A stretch of DNA of 64,000 nt. It comes from Eledone cirrhosa (Eukaryota). The number at the start of each line of letters is the position of its first letter. The stretch's first letter is position 1. The DNA lies in assembly GCA_964016885.1 (NCBI GenBank), contig OZ024748.1:21824001-21888000 (forward strand), in the 5' to 3' direction. The notes under the pieces are model-generated. The model saw only the letters and a program-made list of their open reading frames with translations. It was not told where the DNA came from and did not search any database. Shown here piece after piece: positions 1 to 40,990 of the stretch. A program made the position numbers and the translations under genes.

Positions 1-2480
1 TCCTTCTGTCCATTCTTGGTTTATGTTGGTAAATTTTCAAGTTAAACCACTTATAATATCAAGATCATATTAATTTTAAAATGAAACATCAGTTAAGACA
101 TTTTGCTTCCAACATAAGTTTCATTTCACGACTCCTCTTGTCTGAGAAGAGAAATTTTAATAAGAAAAGCCCATTTATCAGCATCATTATCTTTATCATC
201 ATCATCTTTATGTCCATGTTTCTATGCTGGCATAGGTTGCACAGGATGTTTTGAGGCAATGTTTTACAGCCTTATGCCTTTCCTGATGACGACTGTTTTA
301 GTTGCTTCTGAAAACCGAGATACACGTGGCCAGTTCAAAGCATGAATTTAACACCCCCTCTCTCCCCATATACCATTCTAACTATCATTGGCATCAGTAA
401 ATCTTTGACTTCATTACCTACTATCCACTTATATAAAGTATTGCTCAATATTTTCTTGAGAAGCACTACAAAATGTAGACCAGCAAACTACCTGTCATAT
501 TGTCCAACATTTCCAGACTGGAGTACCACAGGGTTCCAGACTCTCACCTTATCTTTTCAGTCTATACTTATACACATTTGCCACACCTCCACAAAGCCTA
601 CAGCCTTATTATATTCAGATGACCTCCTCCCCATTCACATCTTCTCACCATTCTCTAAATACTGCTGCACAAAATTTGAATCCTATGTAGATGACCTAAA
701 AACACAGTTCTAAAACTACTTTCATTATCATATTTCTAATGAAACACATTGCCTATGATTTTCAAATAATTTCGAAAATAATCCTTAATTTGGTGGATTA
801 AGCTTGTGTTTGGAACATACCTTAACAAAGGTTCTTACATAAAACTATGATAGAAAGCTATATAGAAATATATAGCTGTTGAAACAGCAGGAGCTCAGCC
901 ATAGAGATCCTGAATCCTTCATATATATAAGCATATAAGCACTTTAAAATAAATAGATTTGTAGTGTAGAAGCAGGAGTCAGTTTTAGGTGGTTTCCTAT
1001 CAAAACATTTCAGAGTTTCTGGAACAAATTTTTCTACTTGATGACCATGAAAATTCTCTTTCCAAATTATCTCTTTGAGAATTTCAGTGCTTCTGTTTAT
1101 TATTATTGTTATTATTATTATTATTATTATTAAACATTTTTTTTATAGAGTTCACTGATGTTACTAATTCACTGTGTCAGTACGGTTTAGTATCAAATGC
1201 TTTCATTTCCATATATATCTATCTATCTAATATATATTTGTATTAAAATTAGTTTACTTTGCCTTGCAACCTCATGTTCAAAGTACACAAATAGCCATGA
1301 AAGACAATCAAAAACATTCAGCTTTGGTCTGAATATACTTCCTGGTGAGGATGATGTGATCTAGTTTATGTGAAGTATTGTGAAATATGTAATAGACAAT
1401 AGTGTGTTTGGAAAGCTGGTATAGTGGAGTTAGAAATATAAAGATAGTACTGGGAGTAAAAGGATAGCAAAATAGAATAAAATAATTTTTTTACCCAATT
1501 TATTTCTTCATGATATTTCAAGGTAAAAAATTTCTTATCAAATGATGAGAAATGAACGCTAGAAAAGTTTGGGAGAACGGAACATCTTTTTCTGTGTTCA
1601 TAGCTATCATATAAAATAACGGTATTTTAAACTTTTTCTGTAACCTTTTCGTCAGCATATTTCTCATGACACTGTCTATCTGTTTCAATTAATTTTGAAA
1701 ATAATAATAGATTTGAAGGAATACTTAACTTTTCCATTATTAACTTTTAACATCTTGTACCACATGAAACCTTATGATCAAGACAAAGCATCATTATGAC
1801 TGCATCATATTAAAAATTAAAGTCTCTAGTTTAGTTTACTGTAAATTTTCACAAATCTGTCCATTAGTGAAGATACTATAAACATGTGGAAGTAACAACC
1901 CCATTTTAAAATATTTTCTGCTAAATCATTACAAGATAAACTTATATTTGGAGTATTACATAAGAAAAGTTCTTTCATAAAATTATGAAAGAAGGTTTTA
2001 ATATAAATATTGATATTTCAAAACAAAAAAATTATATCATAGGACCAGGGACAGTTTCTGACTGGTTGGTATCGAAAGGGCTAATCATTCCAACCAACGT
2101 ATCATATGTTTTGTACCATCTGGGATATTCAAATTTCTCCCAATTCAGTTAAGAATTTTTGTTACTTCAGTAACTTCCAAAAATAGATTTTACATATGGA
2201 ATGGTGCATATATATGTCCAATGTGTTATGGTGTTAGGGTATATAATGATTGGTTAGAATGGTGTGTGTCCATCCAAATTGTTAAGGTGTTAAGGGTATA
2301 TAATTATGCGTTTGATTCCCACACCAGGCTGCACGTGGCATCTTTGACCAGTAGTCTTCATACCACATTGCTCCCCAGTCAATTCAGTTGGAACAATGTG
2401 TATCAACAGTATCTTATGGTTAATTCTGTGATGGACTAGTGTCCTAATCCCAGTACTGTCTAGCACTCTCACTTACTTAG

Positions 2481-2698
2481 CCCTTTAGCATTTAAACCAG
2501 CCATATCTGGCCAGAATTCTCTCACTTCTGTTCAAACTGAACATAACTGACTGCTCATACTTATGTTAAGGTATTGTGTCTCAAAATAGATAATATCAAA
2601 ATCTCGTAGATTTGATATTATGTGAGATAATTTTGTGAAATAAAGTGTTTACCATGAAAATACAATAGTAAATATAGAGTGATGTAAATACTAAAGGG
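2481..2698. mobile_element. piggyBac-type MITE (~220 bp)
   Basis: Termini CCCTTTAGCATTTA...TAAATACTAAAGGG, right flank TTAA; homologous to other copies in the window. Confidence 0.75.
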
Positions 2699-3865
2699 TT
2701 AACGCAAATGAAGCCAGGATAAACTCTGGCTTAGGACAGACTTTAAAATTACTTTTCATACTTGGCAAGTCATGCCTTTGAATAAACTTCTTCCAAAGTT
2801 GAGCTGTGTTTAAGATATTTTTATTCAGAGGCAAAGAAAGAAATATTTAAAACTACCCTCCTTTTTAGATAATAAAAGCAAAAGATCACAATGTATATCT
2901 TCCCAAAGTTTAGTAAGTGTTGAACAAGATAAACTTACATTTTGAAAGTAGGAGAATTTACTGGGTCAGAATTCTTCAACAGCCTGTATTTGCACTTTTT
3001 CTCACGAAAAATCTGACATAAAAACGAACATGCAACTTATCTACTACTGGAGCTAAAATAACTTTTATTCAAAATATATGGTACTTTGTAAATGTTGTTT
3101 GTAAAATGGAGGTGTGACTTATTCACTAGCATGACTTATGCATATGGTATATATTTGGCAACTTCCTAAGTGGCATATATGCAGGATTCAGGCTTTTTGG
3201 TTATGTTTTTAAGAAGATTTTGTTGGGAGGAGATGAATGTTTCTTCAAATCATATATTTTGTTTGCCCTTATATTCCATAGCAATTTATTTCTTATGGCA
3301 TCCATCGGTCTTGAAAGACCATAGATCTGCACATAGAGAATTTTGTGTCAGCTGCTGAAGAAAGTGGCAGTCTTTTTTTGGCTATACCCATGTATGGGAA
3401 AGGCTTCAGGAGTAAACCTCTGGCAATGAAAAGTGGGCTTTATGCCACGTTTCACTTCTCTGGAAATTTGCAGAATGCAAACTCTCCACATGGAATCACT
3501 TGCCATTTATTCCTGTCCTAACTGATAAAGTTTATTGTGGTCCATGGCCCAGTTGTTGAGTTAAACCAATCTGTAAGGTTTTTCCTCCATCTTCATTTAG
3601 GTGCTCCACAAATTCTTCTATCTTCAGCCTGTTTCTTAACAGACATTTAGTGTAAAACAAAGAAATACCTATTATTAATACAACTTTCATTAGGCACACA
3701 CTTCCCGTCTGTCATTTCTCTTGTTTTAGAACTAATCAATGTTATTTTCATTAAGAAAATTTGGAAAATATTTATAGCTTTTGTCAATATTAGCAGCTTA
3801 TAGCAAAATATTATAGCTTTACTGAAGTAACCTACATAACATTTATGTTGGCATAGAAGACGACT

Positions 3866-6557
3866 GAGCCTACAAGGTGTATTATCAACAGTTACCAAAA
3901 CAGCAGTTAGCCTAGCAACAACCTACAAGGTGTATTATCAACAGTTAGCCTAGCTACAACCTACAAGTTGTATTATCAACAGTTGCCAAAACAGGAGTTA
4001 GCCTAGCAACAACCTACACGGTGTATTATCAACAGTTAGCCTAGCAACAACCTACAAGGTATATTATCAACAGTTAGCCTAGCAACAACCTACAAGTTGT
4101 ATTATCAACAGTTGCCAAAACAGGAGTTAGCCTAGCAACAACCTACACGGTGTATTATCAACAGTTAGCCTAGCAACAACCTACAAGGTATATTATCAAC
4201 AGTTAGCCTAGCAACAACCTACAAGTTGTATTATCAACAGTTGCCAAAACAGGAGTTAGCCTAGCAACAACCTACACGGTGTATTATCAACAGTTAGCCT
4301 AGCAACAACCTACAAGGTATATTATCAACAGTTAGCCTAGCAACAACCTACAAGGTATATTATCAACAGTTAGCCTAGCAAAACCTACAAGTTGTATTAT
4401 CAACAGTTGCCAAAACAGGAGTTAGCCTAGCAACAACCTACACGGTGTATTATCAACAGTTAGCCTAGCAACAACCTACAAGGTATATTATCAACAGTTA
4501 GCCTAGCAACAACCTACAAGGTATATTATCAACAGTTAGCCTAGCAACAATCTACAAGTTGTATTATCAACAGTTGCCAAAACAGGAGTTAGCCTAGCAA
4601 CAACCTACACGGTATATTATCAACAGTTAGCCTAGCAACAACCTACAAGGTGTATTATCAACAGTTAGCCTAGCTACAACCTACAAGTTGTATTATCAAC
4701 AGTTGCCAAAACAGGAGTTAGCCTAGCAACAACCTACAAGGTATATTATCAACAGTTAGCCTAGCAACAACCTACAAGTTGTATTATCAACAGTTGCCAA
4801 AACAGGAGTTAGCCTAGCAACAACCTACACGGTGTATTATCAACAGTTAGCCTAGCAACAACCTACAAGGTGTATTATCAACAGTTAGCCTAGCTACAAC
4901 CTACAAGTTGTATTATCAACAGTTGCCAAAACAGGAGTTAGCCTAGCAACAACCTACACGGTATATTATCAACAGTTAGCCTAGCAACAACCTACAAGGT
5001 GTATTATCAACAGTTAGCCTAGCAACAACCTACAAGGGGTATTATCAACAGTTAGCCTAGCAACAACCTACAAGGTGTATTATCAACAGTTGCCAAAACA
5101 GCAGTTAGCCTAGCAACAACCTACAAGGTATATTATCAACAGTTAGCCTAGCAACAACCTACAAGGTATATTATCAACAGTTAGCCTAGCAACAACCTAC
5201 AAGGTGTATTATCAACAGTTAGCCTAGCAACAATCTACAAGGTATATTATCAACAGTTAGCCTAGCAACAACCTACAAGGTGTATTATCAACAGTTAGCC
5301 TAGCAACAACCTACAAGGTATATTATCAACAGTTAGCCTAGCAACAACCTACAAGGTATATTATCAACAGTTAGCCTAGCAACAACCTACAAGGTGTATT
5401 ATCAACAGTTAGCCTAGCAACAATCTACAAGGTATATTATCAACAGTTAGCCTAGCAACAACCTACAAGGTGTATTATCAACAGTTAGCCTAGCAACAAC
5501 CTACAAGGTATATTACCAAGTTACCAAGGCAGGAGTTAGCATAGCAACAACCTACAAGGTGTATTATCAAGTTACCAAGGCAGGAGTTAGCCTAGCAACA
5601 ACCTACAAGGTGTATTATCAAGTTACCAAGGCAGGAGTTAGCATAGCAACAACCTACAAGGTATATTATCAAGTTACCAAGGCAGGAGTTAGCATAGCAA
5701 CAACCTACAAGTTGTATTATCAACAGTTAGCCTAGCAACAACCTACAAGTTGTATTATCAACAGTTAGCCTAGCAACAATCTACAAGGTATATTATCAAC
5801 AGTTAGCCTAGCAACAACCTACAAGGTGTATTATCAACAGTTAGCCTAGCAACAACCTACAAGTTGTATTATCAACAGTTAGCCTAGCAACAACCTACAA
5901 GTTGTATTATCAACAGTTAGCCTAGCAACAACCTACAAGTTGTATTATCAACAGTTAGCCTAGCAACAACCTACAAGTTGTATTATCAACAGTTAGCCTA
6001 GCAACAATCTACAAGGTATATTATCAACAGTTAGCCTAGCAACAACCTACAAGTTGTATTATCAACAGTTAGCCTAGCAACAACCTACAAGGTATATTAT
6101 CAACAGTTAGCCTAGCAACAACCTACAAGGTGTATTATCAACAGTTAGCCTAGCAACAACCTACAAGGTATATTATCAACAGTTAGCCTAGCAACAACCT
6201 ACAAGTTGTATTATCAACAGTTAGCCTAGCAACAACCTACAAGGTATATTATCAACAGTTAGCCTAGCAACAACCTACAAGGTGTATTATCAACAGTTAG
6301 CCTAGCAACAACCTACAAGGTATATTATCAACAGTTAGCCTAGCAACAACCTACAAGTTGTATTATCAACAGTTAGCCTAGCAACAACCTACAAGGTATA
6401 TTATCAACAGTTAGCCTAGCAACAACCTACAAGGTGTATTATCAACAGTTAGCCTAGCAACAACCTACAAGGTATATTATCAACAGTTAGCCTAGCAACA
6501 ACCTACAAGGTGTATTATCAAGAGTTACCAAGGCAGGAGTTAGCCTAGCAACAACCA
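3866..6557. repeat. Minisatellite of 38-bp units (AGTTAGCCTAGCAACAACCTACAAGGTGTATTATCAAC) with interspersed 53-bp variants
   Basis: Direct tandem reading; the variant adds AGTTGCCAAAACAGG; no unique spacers. Confidence 0.97.
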
Positions 6558-6694
6558 ACACTTACTAAACACCACATTATTTAAGGTTCACAGTTTATAT
6601 GAGGAGTATATAATAAGAGAACCACCTATTATGGGATTTTGTCAGGTTGCTAGATTGTCTTTTATGCTAACATATATGATATAAATTTATCTGT

Positions 6695-7047
6695 GATGAT
6701 GATGATGATCATCATCATCATTTTTACGTCCGCTTTTCCCTGCTTGCAAGGGTGGGACGGAAACTGATTCTGGCTTGATTTCTACAGCTGGATGCCCTTC
6801 CTAACACCAACCTCATTTTACAGTGAGTGCTGGGTGCTTTTTTGCCGTGGCACCTGCACGTCCACTTAGCAGTGGAATGATAGGGAGCCCAGTCCCTATC
6901 ATCTCATTTCTACAGCTGAGTAAACTGGGGCAATGTGAAATAAAGTGTCTTGCTCAAGGAAACAACACGTGACCCGGTCTGAGAATTGAACTCACAACCT
7001 TTTGATTGCAAAGCCAATGCTCTAACCACTAAGCCATGTGCCTCCAT
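6695..7047 (-). mobile_element. tRNA-derived CORE-like SINE with RTE-like 3' end and (GAT)n tail
   Basis: - strand has a tRNA-like head (GGCTTAGTGGTTAGAGC...GAGTTCAATTC), the CORE-like TCCTTGAGCAAGACACTT, then the GTTAGGAAGGGCATCCAGCTGTAG motif shared with the RTE 3' UTR at 27290; sibling copy at ~18440-18710. Confidence 0.7.
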
Positions 7048-7408
7048 ATATATATATAATCATCATCATCCTCGCCATCATTTAACGTTTGCTCTCCCTG
7101 CCAGTATGGGTTGGACAGGTCTTCACAGACCAAGTCAGTACTGAAGCAGGGTTACTGACCTCCCTGACAAGTGGGGGCTCTGTATGTCGCTTATGTGCGG
7201 CCTCATGTTCTACTAAGTGCATTTCATTGTGGCACCAGCACACGAGAGGTTGTCATGTCTTTGACACAACTGAAGATCCTCCCAACCTTTTATTTGGCAA
7301 GTTTCTATGGGTGGATGTCCTTCTGATCGCAACCACTTCACAACATGTATTGGGTGCATTTATCACATATATATGATGATGATATATATATATATATATA
7401 TATATGTA

Positions 7409-7442
<34 letters not shown>

Positions 7443-7446
<4 letters not shown>

Positions 7447-9700
7447 GCCTTCTCTAAGTCAACAAAAGCTAAGTATAGTGGCTTATTCTTCTCTAAGAAC
7501 CTCTCTTGTAGTTGCCTCACTAAGAAGAGGGCATCTGTTGTACTTTTCCGAGGCACAAAACCAAACTGCATCTCATCTAATTTGACCCTTTCTCTAATCA
7601 GTTGCGCTAATATTCTCTCTGCCACTTTCATAACCTGATCCATCAGCTTTATGCCCCTATAATTGCTCCTCTCTAGAGCATCCCCTTTACCTTTGTAGCA
7701 ATTTATGAGAATACTGCTGCACCAGCCTTTGGGTATGACACCACCATATATAGCTTGATTAATGATGCGTGCAACTAGTTTAGTGCCTTCAGCATCTCAG
7801 CAACTATCCCCGACGGTCCAGCAGCCTTATCATTCTTCATTTCCTTAATTGCTTCTTGTACCCTATATTCGTCAATCTCAATAGCTGGTCCCCCTGTCAG
7901 GTCTACTGGGGGTAATTTCTCTCTGTCCCATTCGTTCTCCACATTCATCAGTCTCTCATAATGACATTTCCAGGCCTCCTTTTTTTGATCATTTGTGACA
8001 CTAAATACACCAGCATCATTCCGGACACACTTATCTCCAGCAACATCCTGAATTGCACTGACACACTGCCTTGCAATGCGGAACACTGCACGTCTCTGAT
8101 CTTCCCGTCGCAGAACATTGGCAAATCTCCTACTCTCAGCCTCCCTGCGTGCTAAGTACACTTGACGTCTAGCTTCTCTCTTAGCGGCTGTGTATCCTTC
8201 TCTACTCCCACCATTTTTCCAAGCCTTCCATGCCAGTCTTTTGTCTCTAATAGCCCTATCTACTGTGCTGTTCCACCACCAGGTCACTCTCTGTCTGGTT
8301 GAAGCTCTGCTCCAGCCACACGTTTCTTCAGTAACCTGCAGTAAGTTGTCACACAAGAAATTCCAGTTATCATCTATATCATACAACTCTAAATCGTCTT
8401 CTTTTTCGTCATACACATCTTGAAGGGCTTTACTAAATTTATATTTTAATGAAAAGTCTTTTAGCTTCCAGACCTTTCTTTTCCACACCTTCCTGTATGT
8501 CTCATTCTTTCTCTTGCTTACTGAGATGTCACTAACAACTAACTTATGCAGTGGGGTACATTCTTCCCCGGGGAATGCCTTGGTATTTGACACCATCTGT
8601 CTGTCTCACTGTCTAACTAGCAGGAAGTCAATCTGGCTTATGTGGTCGCCTGATTTCTAGGTTATTAGGTGGTTGGTAGGCTTCTGGAAGTTAGTATTGC
8701 AAATGGTTAGTGCATTTGCATCACCAAATTCAAGAAGCCTCACTCCTTCTTCATTTCTTGAGCCGTAACCATGTACCCCAGTGTATTCATCCTGGAACTG
8801 TCCAACATGTCCATTGAAGTCCCCCACTAGCATAACGATGTCTCTGTCCTCTGTCATTGAGGCTGTTTGTAAAAGTTGCTCATAAAAGCAGCCTTTCTCT
8901 TCTTTACCTAGGCCTGCCTGGGGAGCATAGGCAGAGATGATTGTCAGTAGTCTCCTGCCTACAACTAATCTAAGCTTAATTATTCTATCACTAACTCTAA
9001 CTACCTCTGTTGTCTTATTGATCCATCTCTCGACCAGTAATATGCCGACCCCACCTAACCCATCACCATTACCCACCCAGAAAAGCTTATAACTACGATG
9101 TTTGCCTGCGATTAGCCTTGCAGAGGCACCTTCCCTCTTGCACACATCCACATGCCTTCTCTCCAGCATCTTCGCTATCTCACCAGATCTACCTGTTAGA
9201 GTGGCAACTCTGAGATGCGACGTCTCGTTCTTTTTCCTGTTGTGCGATTGCCTGATGACGGTCGTGGGGTTCTCACACATGGCTGCACCAGCCACCCCAC
9301 TACCGTGCGCAGCTCTAACATGGTTAGTGTTATTGCTGTTAACTCCATTGTTGCAATTCTTATTTGTTGTGCTCATAATTTTGGCATTTATTATACTGGT
9401 TGGATGCCCTTCCTAACATCCGCACCACTTTACAGCATGGACTGGGTGCTTTTATTCGTGCCACCACACTAGAGAGGTCGTTTTACTGGACTCAGGGGCC
9501 CTATCCACCCCTCCATTTTACAGCATGGATTGGGTGTTTTTATTCGTGCCACCAGCATTAGGGAAGTTGTCTTACTGGACTTAGGGGACTCTTCTACCCC
9601 GCCCGCACCAATTTATTCAGAGTGGTAGCTCTCCTAGACGAGTTGCCTACATTGCAGCCTACGTAGACTCCATCCGGTCCTTGTCTGTTCTATGATATAT
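7443..9700 (-). mobile_element. Degenerate RTE-clade LINE (APE endonuclease plus N-terminal RT), 3'-truncated at a (CT)n microsatellite
   Basis: ORF pieces 8657..9376 (SAYAPQ, GDFNGHVG), 7775..8596 (TWWWN, AAGPSGIVAEMLKA) and 7443..7643 (QFGFVP, AFVDLEKA) are collinear with the intact element at 27669..31049; stops and frameshifts present. Confidence 0.92.
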
Positions 9701-10249
9701 TCACAAGGGAGTGGTTAGCATACAGCGTCGGGCATGTATACCGAATGTGGTGGGGGTGGGGCGGGTGGATGGGTCTGTGAGAACCGTAATCGCTGATACA
9801 TAGAATTTTAACAGTTTCCAAGTCACATACACGCAAATATATAAATATACAACAAATACAGCCGTCTTTATGAAAAGTGAGAGCTTTCACTTTCGTTCAA
9901 GCCGTTACATATACTATTTGACATAATTTTGGAGATATGAAGAAAACAAAACCTATCTTTAAGAAATCCACATAGAGTAATGATTTTCATACATAGAGAT
10001 AACGGAAATATTCTCATGGTTGATACATAGAATTTTTAACACAGTTTACAAGTAATGGCTGATACATAGAATTTTAACACAGTTTCCAAGTCACATACAC
10101 ACAACTATATAAATATACAACAAATACAGCCATCTTTACGAAAAGTGAGAGCTTTCTCTTTCGTTCAAATTGTAACAGTCTTTGAGTAATTGTAGTCATT
10201 ATTTGGAGCAATTTTCCATATAAACTCTCATTTGCAATATGTTTGGCAG

Positions 10250-10510
10250 CTGGATGAGTTCATCAAAAAAGGACATTGATATTAGAATTTCCAAAGTCTG
10301 GGCTATGATCAAAATGGAAAGGACATGAAAGTCAGATCTACTGAGGAAAATCAAAATATCATCCTTCAGAACATCTTTTGAGTCAGTGTTGTTGTATGGA
10401 TCAGGTACATGGAACCTGACACAAGCCCTTGAGAAGAAACTAGATGGCGCATGCACTAAAATGCTTAGGGTTGTACAAAACAAACTGGCGCCAATGTATT
10501 ACAAACTGTG
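10250..10510 (+). mobile_element. Non-LTR (RTE-group) 3' ORF fragment
   Basis: ESVLLYGSGTWNLTQALEKKLDGACTKMLR resembles the post-RT LLYGSETW motif. Confidence 0.65.
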
Positions 10511-11996
10511 TACTAAGTCACTAGTTAACTCTTGTTATACTGCTAGCTCTCCCTCCCACTACATACCACCTCTCCCTCTAAGTAACACATACGTCATACC
10601 ACCCCTCTCCCTAAATAACATATACCTCATACCACCTTTCACACCAAACATCTACCCCCTTCAGTTATCTTCCCACAGTACAGGCAGGATACTGATAATA
10701 ATTGTATAATTACTCTTGAAATCATACTAGAGTGCCATCATACAATCATATTGACATCAATCTATGAGTTTGCACAATTATAATAAGGGGTGGGTCCTCT
10801 AATGAAAAACATAATATAATCTCTTTACATGTTTTGAATATTATGTAATTGTTGACACTGAGCTCTCTATGCAAAAGTATTGTAATTCGAAATTTTATAT
10901 AAGAGCCGCTTCTATTTACTTGAAGGGCTATGGGTAATTTTATGTCAGCTTTTCCATACTTGCATGGGTTGGATGGGTCTTTTCCAGCAAAGTATCTCTC
11001 CACTCATTGTGGTCCTTCGTCATTTCCTCTGTGAGCTTCAGCAATTTGTAATCAGCTCTCACCACAGCTTCTGCTCAGGTCTTTCTTGATCTCCCTATAC
11101 TTCAGCTTCCTCCCATTGGGATTTCTTGGCACCCCTTCACACAATCATCATTGTCCATAAGCATCACATGTCCAAACCAGTGCTGTCTTGCACACTACAT
11201 CTGATTATTCTTATACCTATTTCTTCTCTCAGCTCATCCATGCTTTGTCATTCATGCATATTAACATTGCACATCTATCAAAGCATGCTTGCTTCATTCT
11301 TCTGTAGCCTCTACATTAACTGTTCAGGTTTCACTACCATGTAACATCACACAGATGACATTTTCATTTGTAGAAAGAAAGAAACCTTTTGTTGTCAACA
11401 GAGGTAATAGCTCCCTGAATGTTTTCCATCCTGTTCTTATTCTAAATACCTTCTCAACTTCTAATTAGACTACCTATGTAGCGGGAGGTATCAACTACTA
11501 TGGCAATCCAAATACTGTTAGTGCATTCTCACACAGTTGTTCAACAACAACAATCTCTCCACTACAAACTAGAATAAACAACCAACCTTTTCTGGCAAGA
11601 GATCATGGATGTTACATGCTGTAAAGTGGTTGATGTTAGGAAGGGCATCCAGCCATAGAAAACCAAGCCCAAATCGAATTATATGAACAAGACATGGTCA
11701 CCTGATCAGTCTAGCCCCATAACATAACAGACCATCTAATCCATGTAACTATGGAAAATAGATGTTAAACAGTAATGATGATGTTAATAGTTACTCTGGA
11801 AATATTCCTTCTTGAGAGCTGCTAATGAAAGAAATAAGAGTGACCTAAGAAAGTCTAAAGATTATTGAAAGCTATTCCTAAAAGACAACATCCTGTAATG
11901 AGATCTATGATTGGAATAAGACTGCATCCACAGCTGATATCAGGCTGGTGGAATAGTGTAATGTAGATCAACAAGGAATAAGACATGTTTACTTAA

Positions 11997-12204
11997 CCCT
12001 TTAGCATTTAAACCGGCTGTATGCAGCCAGGATTCTCTCACCTCTTTCTGTTCAAACCAGCTGTAACTGGCCGCTCATACTGATGTTAAGGTATAGTTCT
12101 CAAAATAAATAATATCAAAATCTCATAGATTCGATATTATGTGAGATAAAACCTTTACCGTGAAAATCCAATAGTAAATATAGAGTAATGTAAATGCTAA
12201 AGGG
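11997..12204. mobile_element. piggyBac-type MITE
   Basis: TTAA|CCCTTTAGCATTTA ... TAAATGCTAAAGGG|TTAA: perfect 14-bp TIR and TTAA target-site duplication. Confidence 0.85.
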
Positions 12205-13746
12205 TTAACTAAAAGTGAAAAGCATACATAGTAGGTTTGTTAATGTTCTGCATAGGAGATGTGAAGTTCTCAAAATGCATGACTATATGTTTGTAGGAAT
12301 TAGGATACCAATAACAGGAAATGCCTTAAATTGAAAGTACTCTGCTTGTTCTTAGTTGAAATGTAAAGACATACATGAAGAAGGAAGAGTGTGTAATAGC
12401 AAAAATGGTGAAATACTGAATCAAGGTATATGTTACATAGTTTGGGTTTACAATGGGATCAAGTAACAAATTGGAACTGAAAGTTTTGGTTTTTATCTGG
12501 CCTTTCACACGAGATCATTGTTTGTGCATTGTATGTATATATGGACCTGTAATTCCTGATGGAGTCGTAGGGCTGCCATTGTGACATGGTGTGTCTTGGA
12601 CACTTTAAACATAGTTAGAACCTATCCCTTATCCAGGTTTGAACACAACTGATTTCTTCCAGAGAGATAGGGAGGAAGTGAGAAAGAAATATAGAGGAAG
12701 AATTGACACCAGTACTTGACTGGTATTTTTTTTTTTATTGACCTCAAAAGGATGAAAGCAAAGTTCACTTCAGCGGAATTTGAACTCAGACTACAGAGAG
12801 CTAGAAAAGCATTTTGTCTTACATTCTAATAACTCTGCCACTTCGGCACCTCAGTTGTGTATTGACTTGGAACAAAAAGATGAACTCACTGCCAACATTC
12901 TCACAGCAGTTACTCTGTCCTTATTTTGGGGTTCAGTGTCTTCTACATAGAATTTTGGTCTTTCCTTTAATTCTTCTGTACACTAGCATTATTCATCCAG
13001 TGGACCATTTAGCCTCATTTTTTTCTAAACTTCACACATTCTTTCCTTTCAAGGTCATGTACTTCCCAATTAGTGTTTCTAATTCCCAGGGCACCTACTG
13101 CATGAAACTGTGTGTTTGTGTGTGTTAACATTCATTTGTGTTCATGTGTGTTTCATCATCATCATCGTTTAACGTTCACTTTCCACACTAGCATGGGTTA
13201 GACGGGTTGTTCCATTTGAGGCAAGTTGGGTCAGGTGACCATGTCTTGCTCATATAGAACTGTTTCTGATTGGATCCCTTTTCTAACGCCAACCACATTT
13301 ACAGTGTGTGCTGGGTGCTTTTTGTCGTGAGACCTACATGACCACCTTACAGTGTGGGCTGGGTTTACATCCCATAATTTAGTTTCACAAAAAAAACAAG
13401 ATCGAGACAATAAGTATTAGGGTTGATATGATTAAATATGAAGGCAGTGCTCCAGTATGGCTGCAGTTAACTGATGGAAACAAATAAAAGAATATATATA
13501 TATATATAATCCACAAACATAGCTTTGTTAAAGTTTGCTGTAGAAACTTTGAACTACTTAATTCCATCTGTAAAACAATGGATTATCATCATTATTGTTT
13601 TTATGTCCACTTTTCCTGACACCAACCCTTTTAGTTGCCTGTTAAACAAGCAGGGACACAATGTACATATTCTAAAACCCTCCTGTGTTAATATAATGTT
13701 GATTTATAGAAATAGTAATTAAATCATTTTTATTCTTCTGTTTCAG

Positions 13747-39520
<25,774 letters not shown>

Positions 39521-39694
39521 ATAAACCAAGCAAGCTCTCTCAAATTTTGATGACAGACTGCATTGTTGTCCAAGTAACACAAGCCATGTGGATGCAACAC
39601 ATTCATAAATGAGGCCTGTGTTAATTAGATGGTGGGAAGTTCACCACCATCTTCTCTTTGTTGTTGCTGCCGCCGAAAAATGAAACTAAAGACA

Positions 39695-39753
39695 AAACAC
39701 ACAGACACATACATATACACACAAACACACACACACACACATGCACATACAAA

Positions 39754-39803
<50 letters not shown>

Positions 39804-40329
39804 TGCACACATATATATATATATGTATCTATATATATCTATATATGATGTATAAGCATACAAATATGATGTATACATACACCAACACATTTGCACACAT
39901 CATGGCATCTACATTGTCGTTTGACAATTGAGTAAAAAGCATCACTCTCGATATTTGTTGTCAGGATTACTTGTTAGGGACAACTTCTTCAACTGGACTA
40001 AAATTGCTTGTTTGATGTCCTGCTGTCCACATTTACAAAGAAAAAAAAAACCCAAAATATTTACAAAGAAAAGAAAAGGAAAAAAAAAAGATAACAACCA
40101 TTAAAAAAATGAAAATTAACAAAAAACCAGAAAAATGCAAAACAAAACACCCAGATTTTATGCTAGATATTTGCAGCGACGTTTCTCCTGTTATTAACAA
40201 GACTTGAAATAGAGGGGGAGAGGTTTTGGTGAGGACTCTCTGACTCTCTACTTGCTAATAATCAATCACTCATACTTGTTTAAAGATTATATATATATAT
40301 ATATATATATGTGCGTGTGTATGTATATA

Positions 40330-40395
<66 letters not shown>

Positions 40396-40425
40396 TATAC
40401 ATGTGTGTATATATATAATATATGT

Positions 40426-40475
<50 letters not shown>

Positions 40476-40767
40476 TACACACACACACGAATATATGTAT
40501 ATAATTATGTGTGTGTGTATGTATGTATATATATATATATATACACACACAGTTCGTACACACATGCACATATATATATATGTTTATTGTTTTCTGTACA
40601 TGTATAAATGTTTGTAAGGTTATGTGTCTGTGTGTATATATATATTTATATATATATATTTGTCTGTGTGTCTATATATATGTTTATATATATGTATGTT
40701 TATATATATACACTCATACATACACACACACATGCATAAATGTATATATATATATATATATGTACAC

Positions 40768-40812
<45 letters not shown>

Positions 40813-40990
40813 CACACACATACAGACATATGCATCTGTATGTATATATGTTTATGTATATAGTTATGTATATACGAATATGTATATATATTTATGTATA
40901 TATATATATATTCATATATATATATCTTCATATATATTCATATATATATATATATATCTACATACACAAACACACATAGACACACAAACA
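39695..40990. repeat. Compound (CA)n/(TA)n/(TG)n microsatellites downstream of the Rheb stop codon
   Basis: Direct reading; source of the many YI/HT/CV pseudo-ORFs. Confidence 0.9.

Noticed and set aside
342-713. 123-aa ORF
   Set aside because: No recognisable domain or splice support; probably decayed repeat sequence.
1-1350. Rheb exon 1 candidates (GTTG|gtaaat at ~28; CTG|gtgagg at ~1344)
   Set aside because: Neither translates to a KIAxxGxxxVG-type G1 N-terminus; exon 1 probably lies upstream of the window.
3866-6557. CRISPR-like array of ~38-bp repeats
   Set aside because: Units are contiguous with no unique spacers, there are no cas genes, and the context is eukaryotic; it is a minisatellite.
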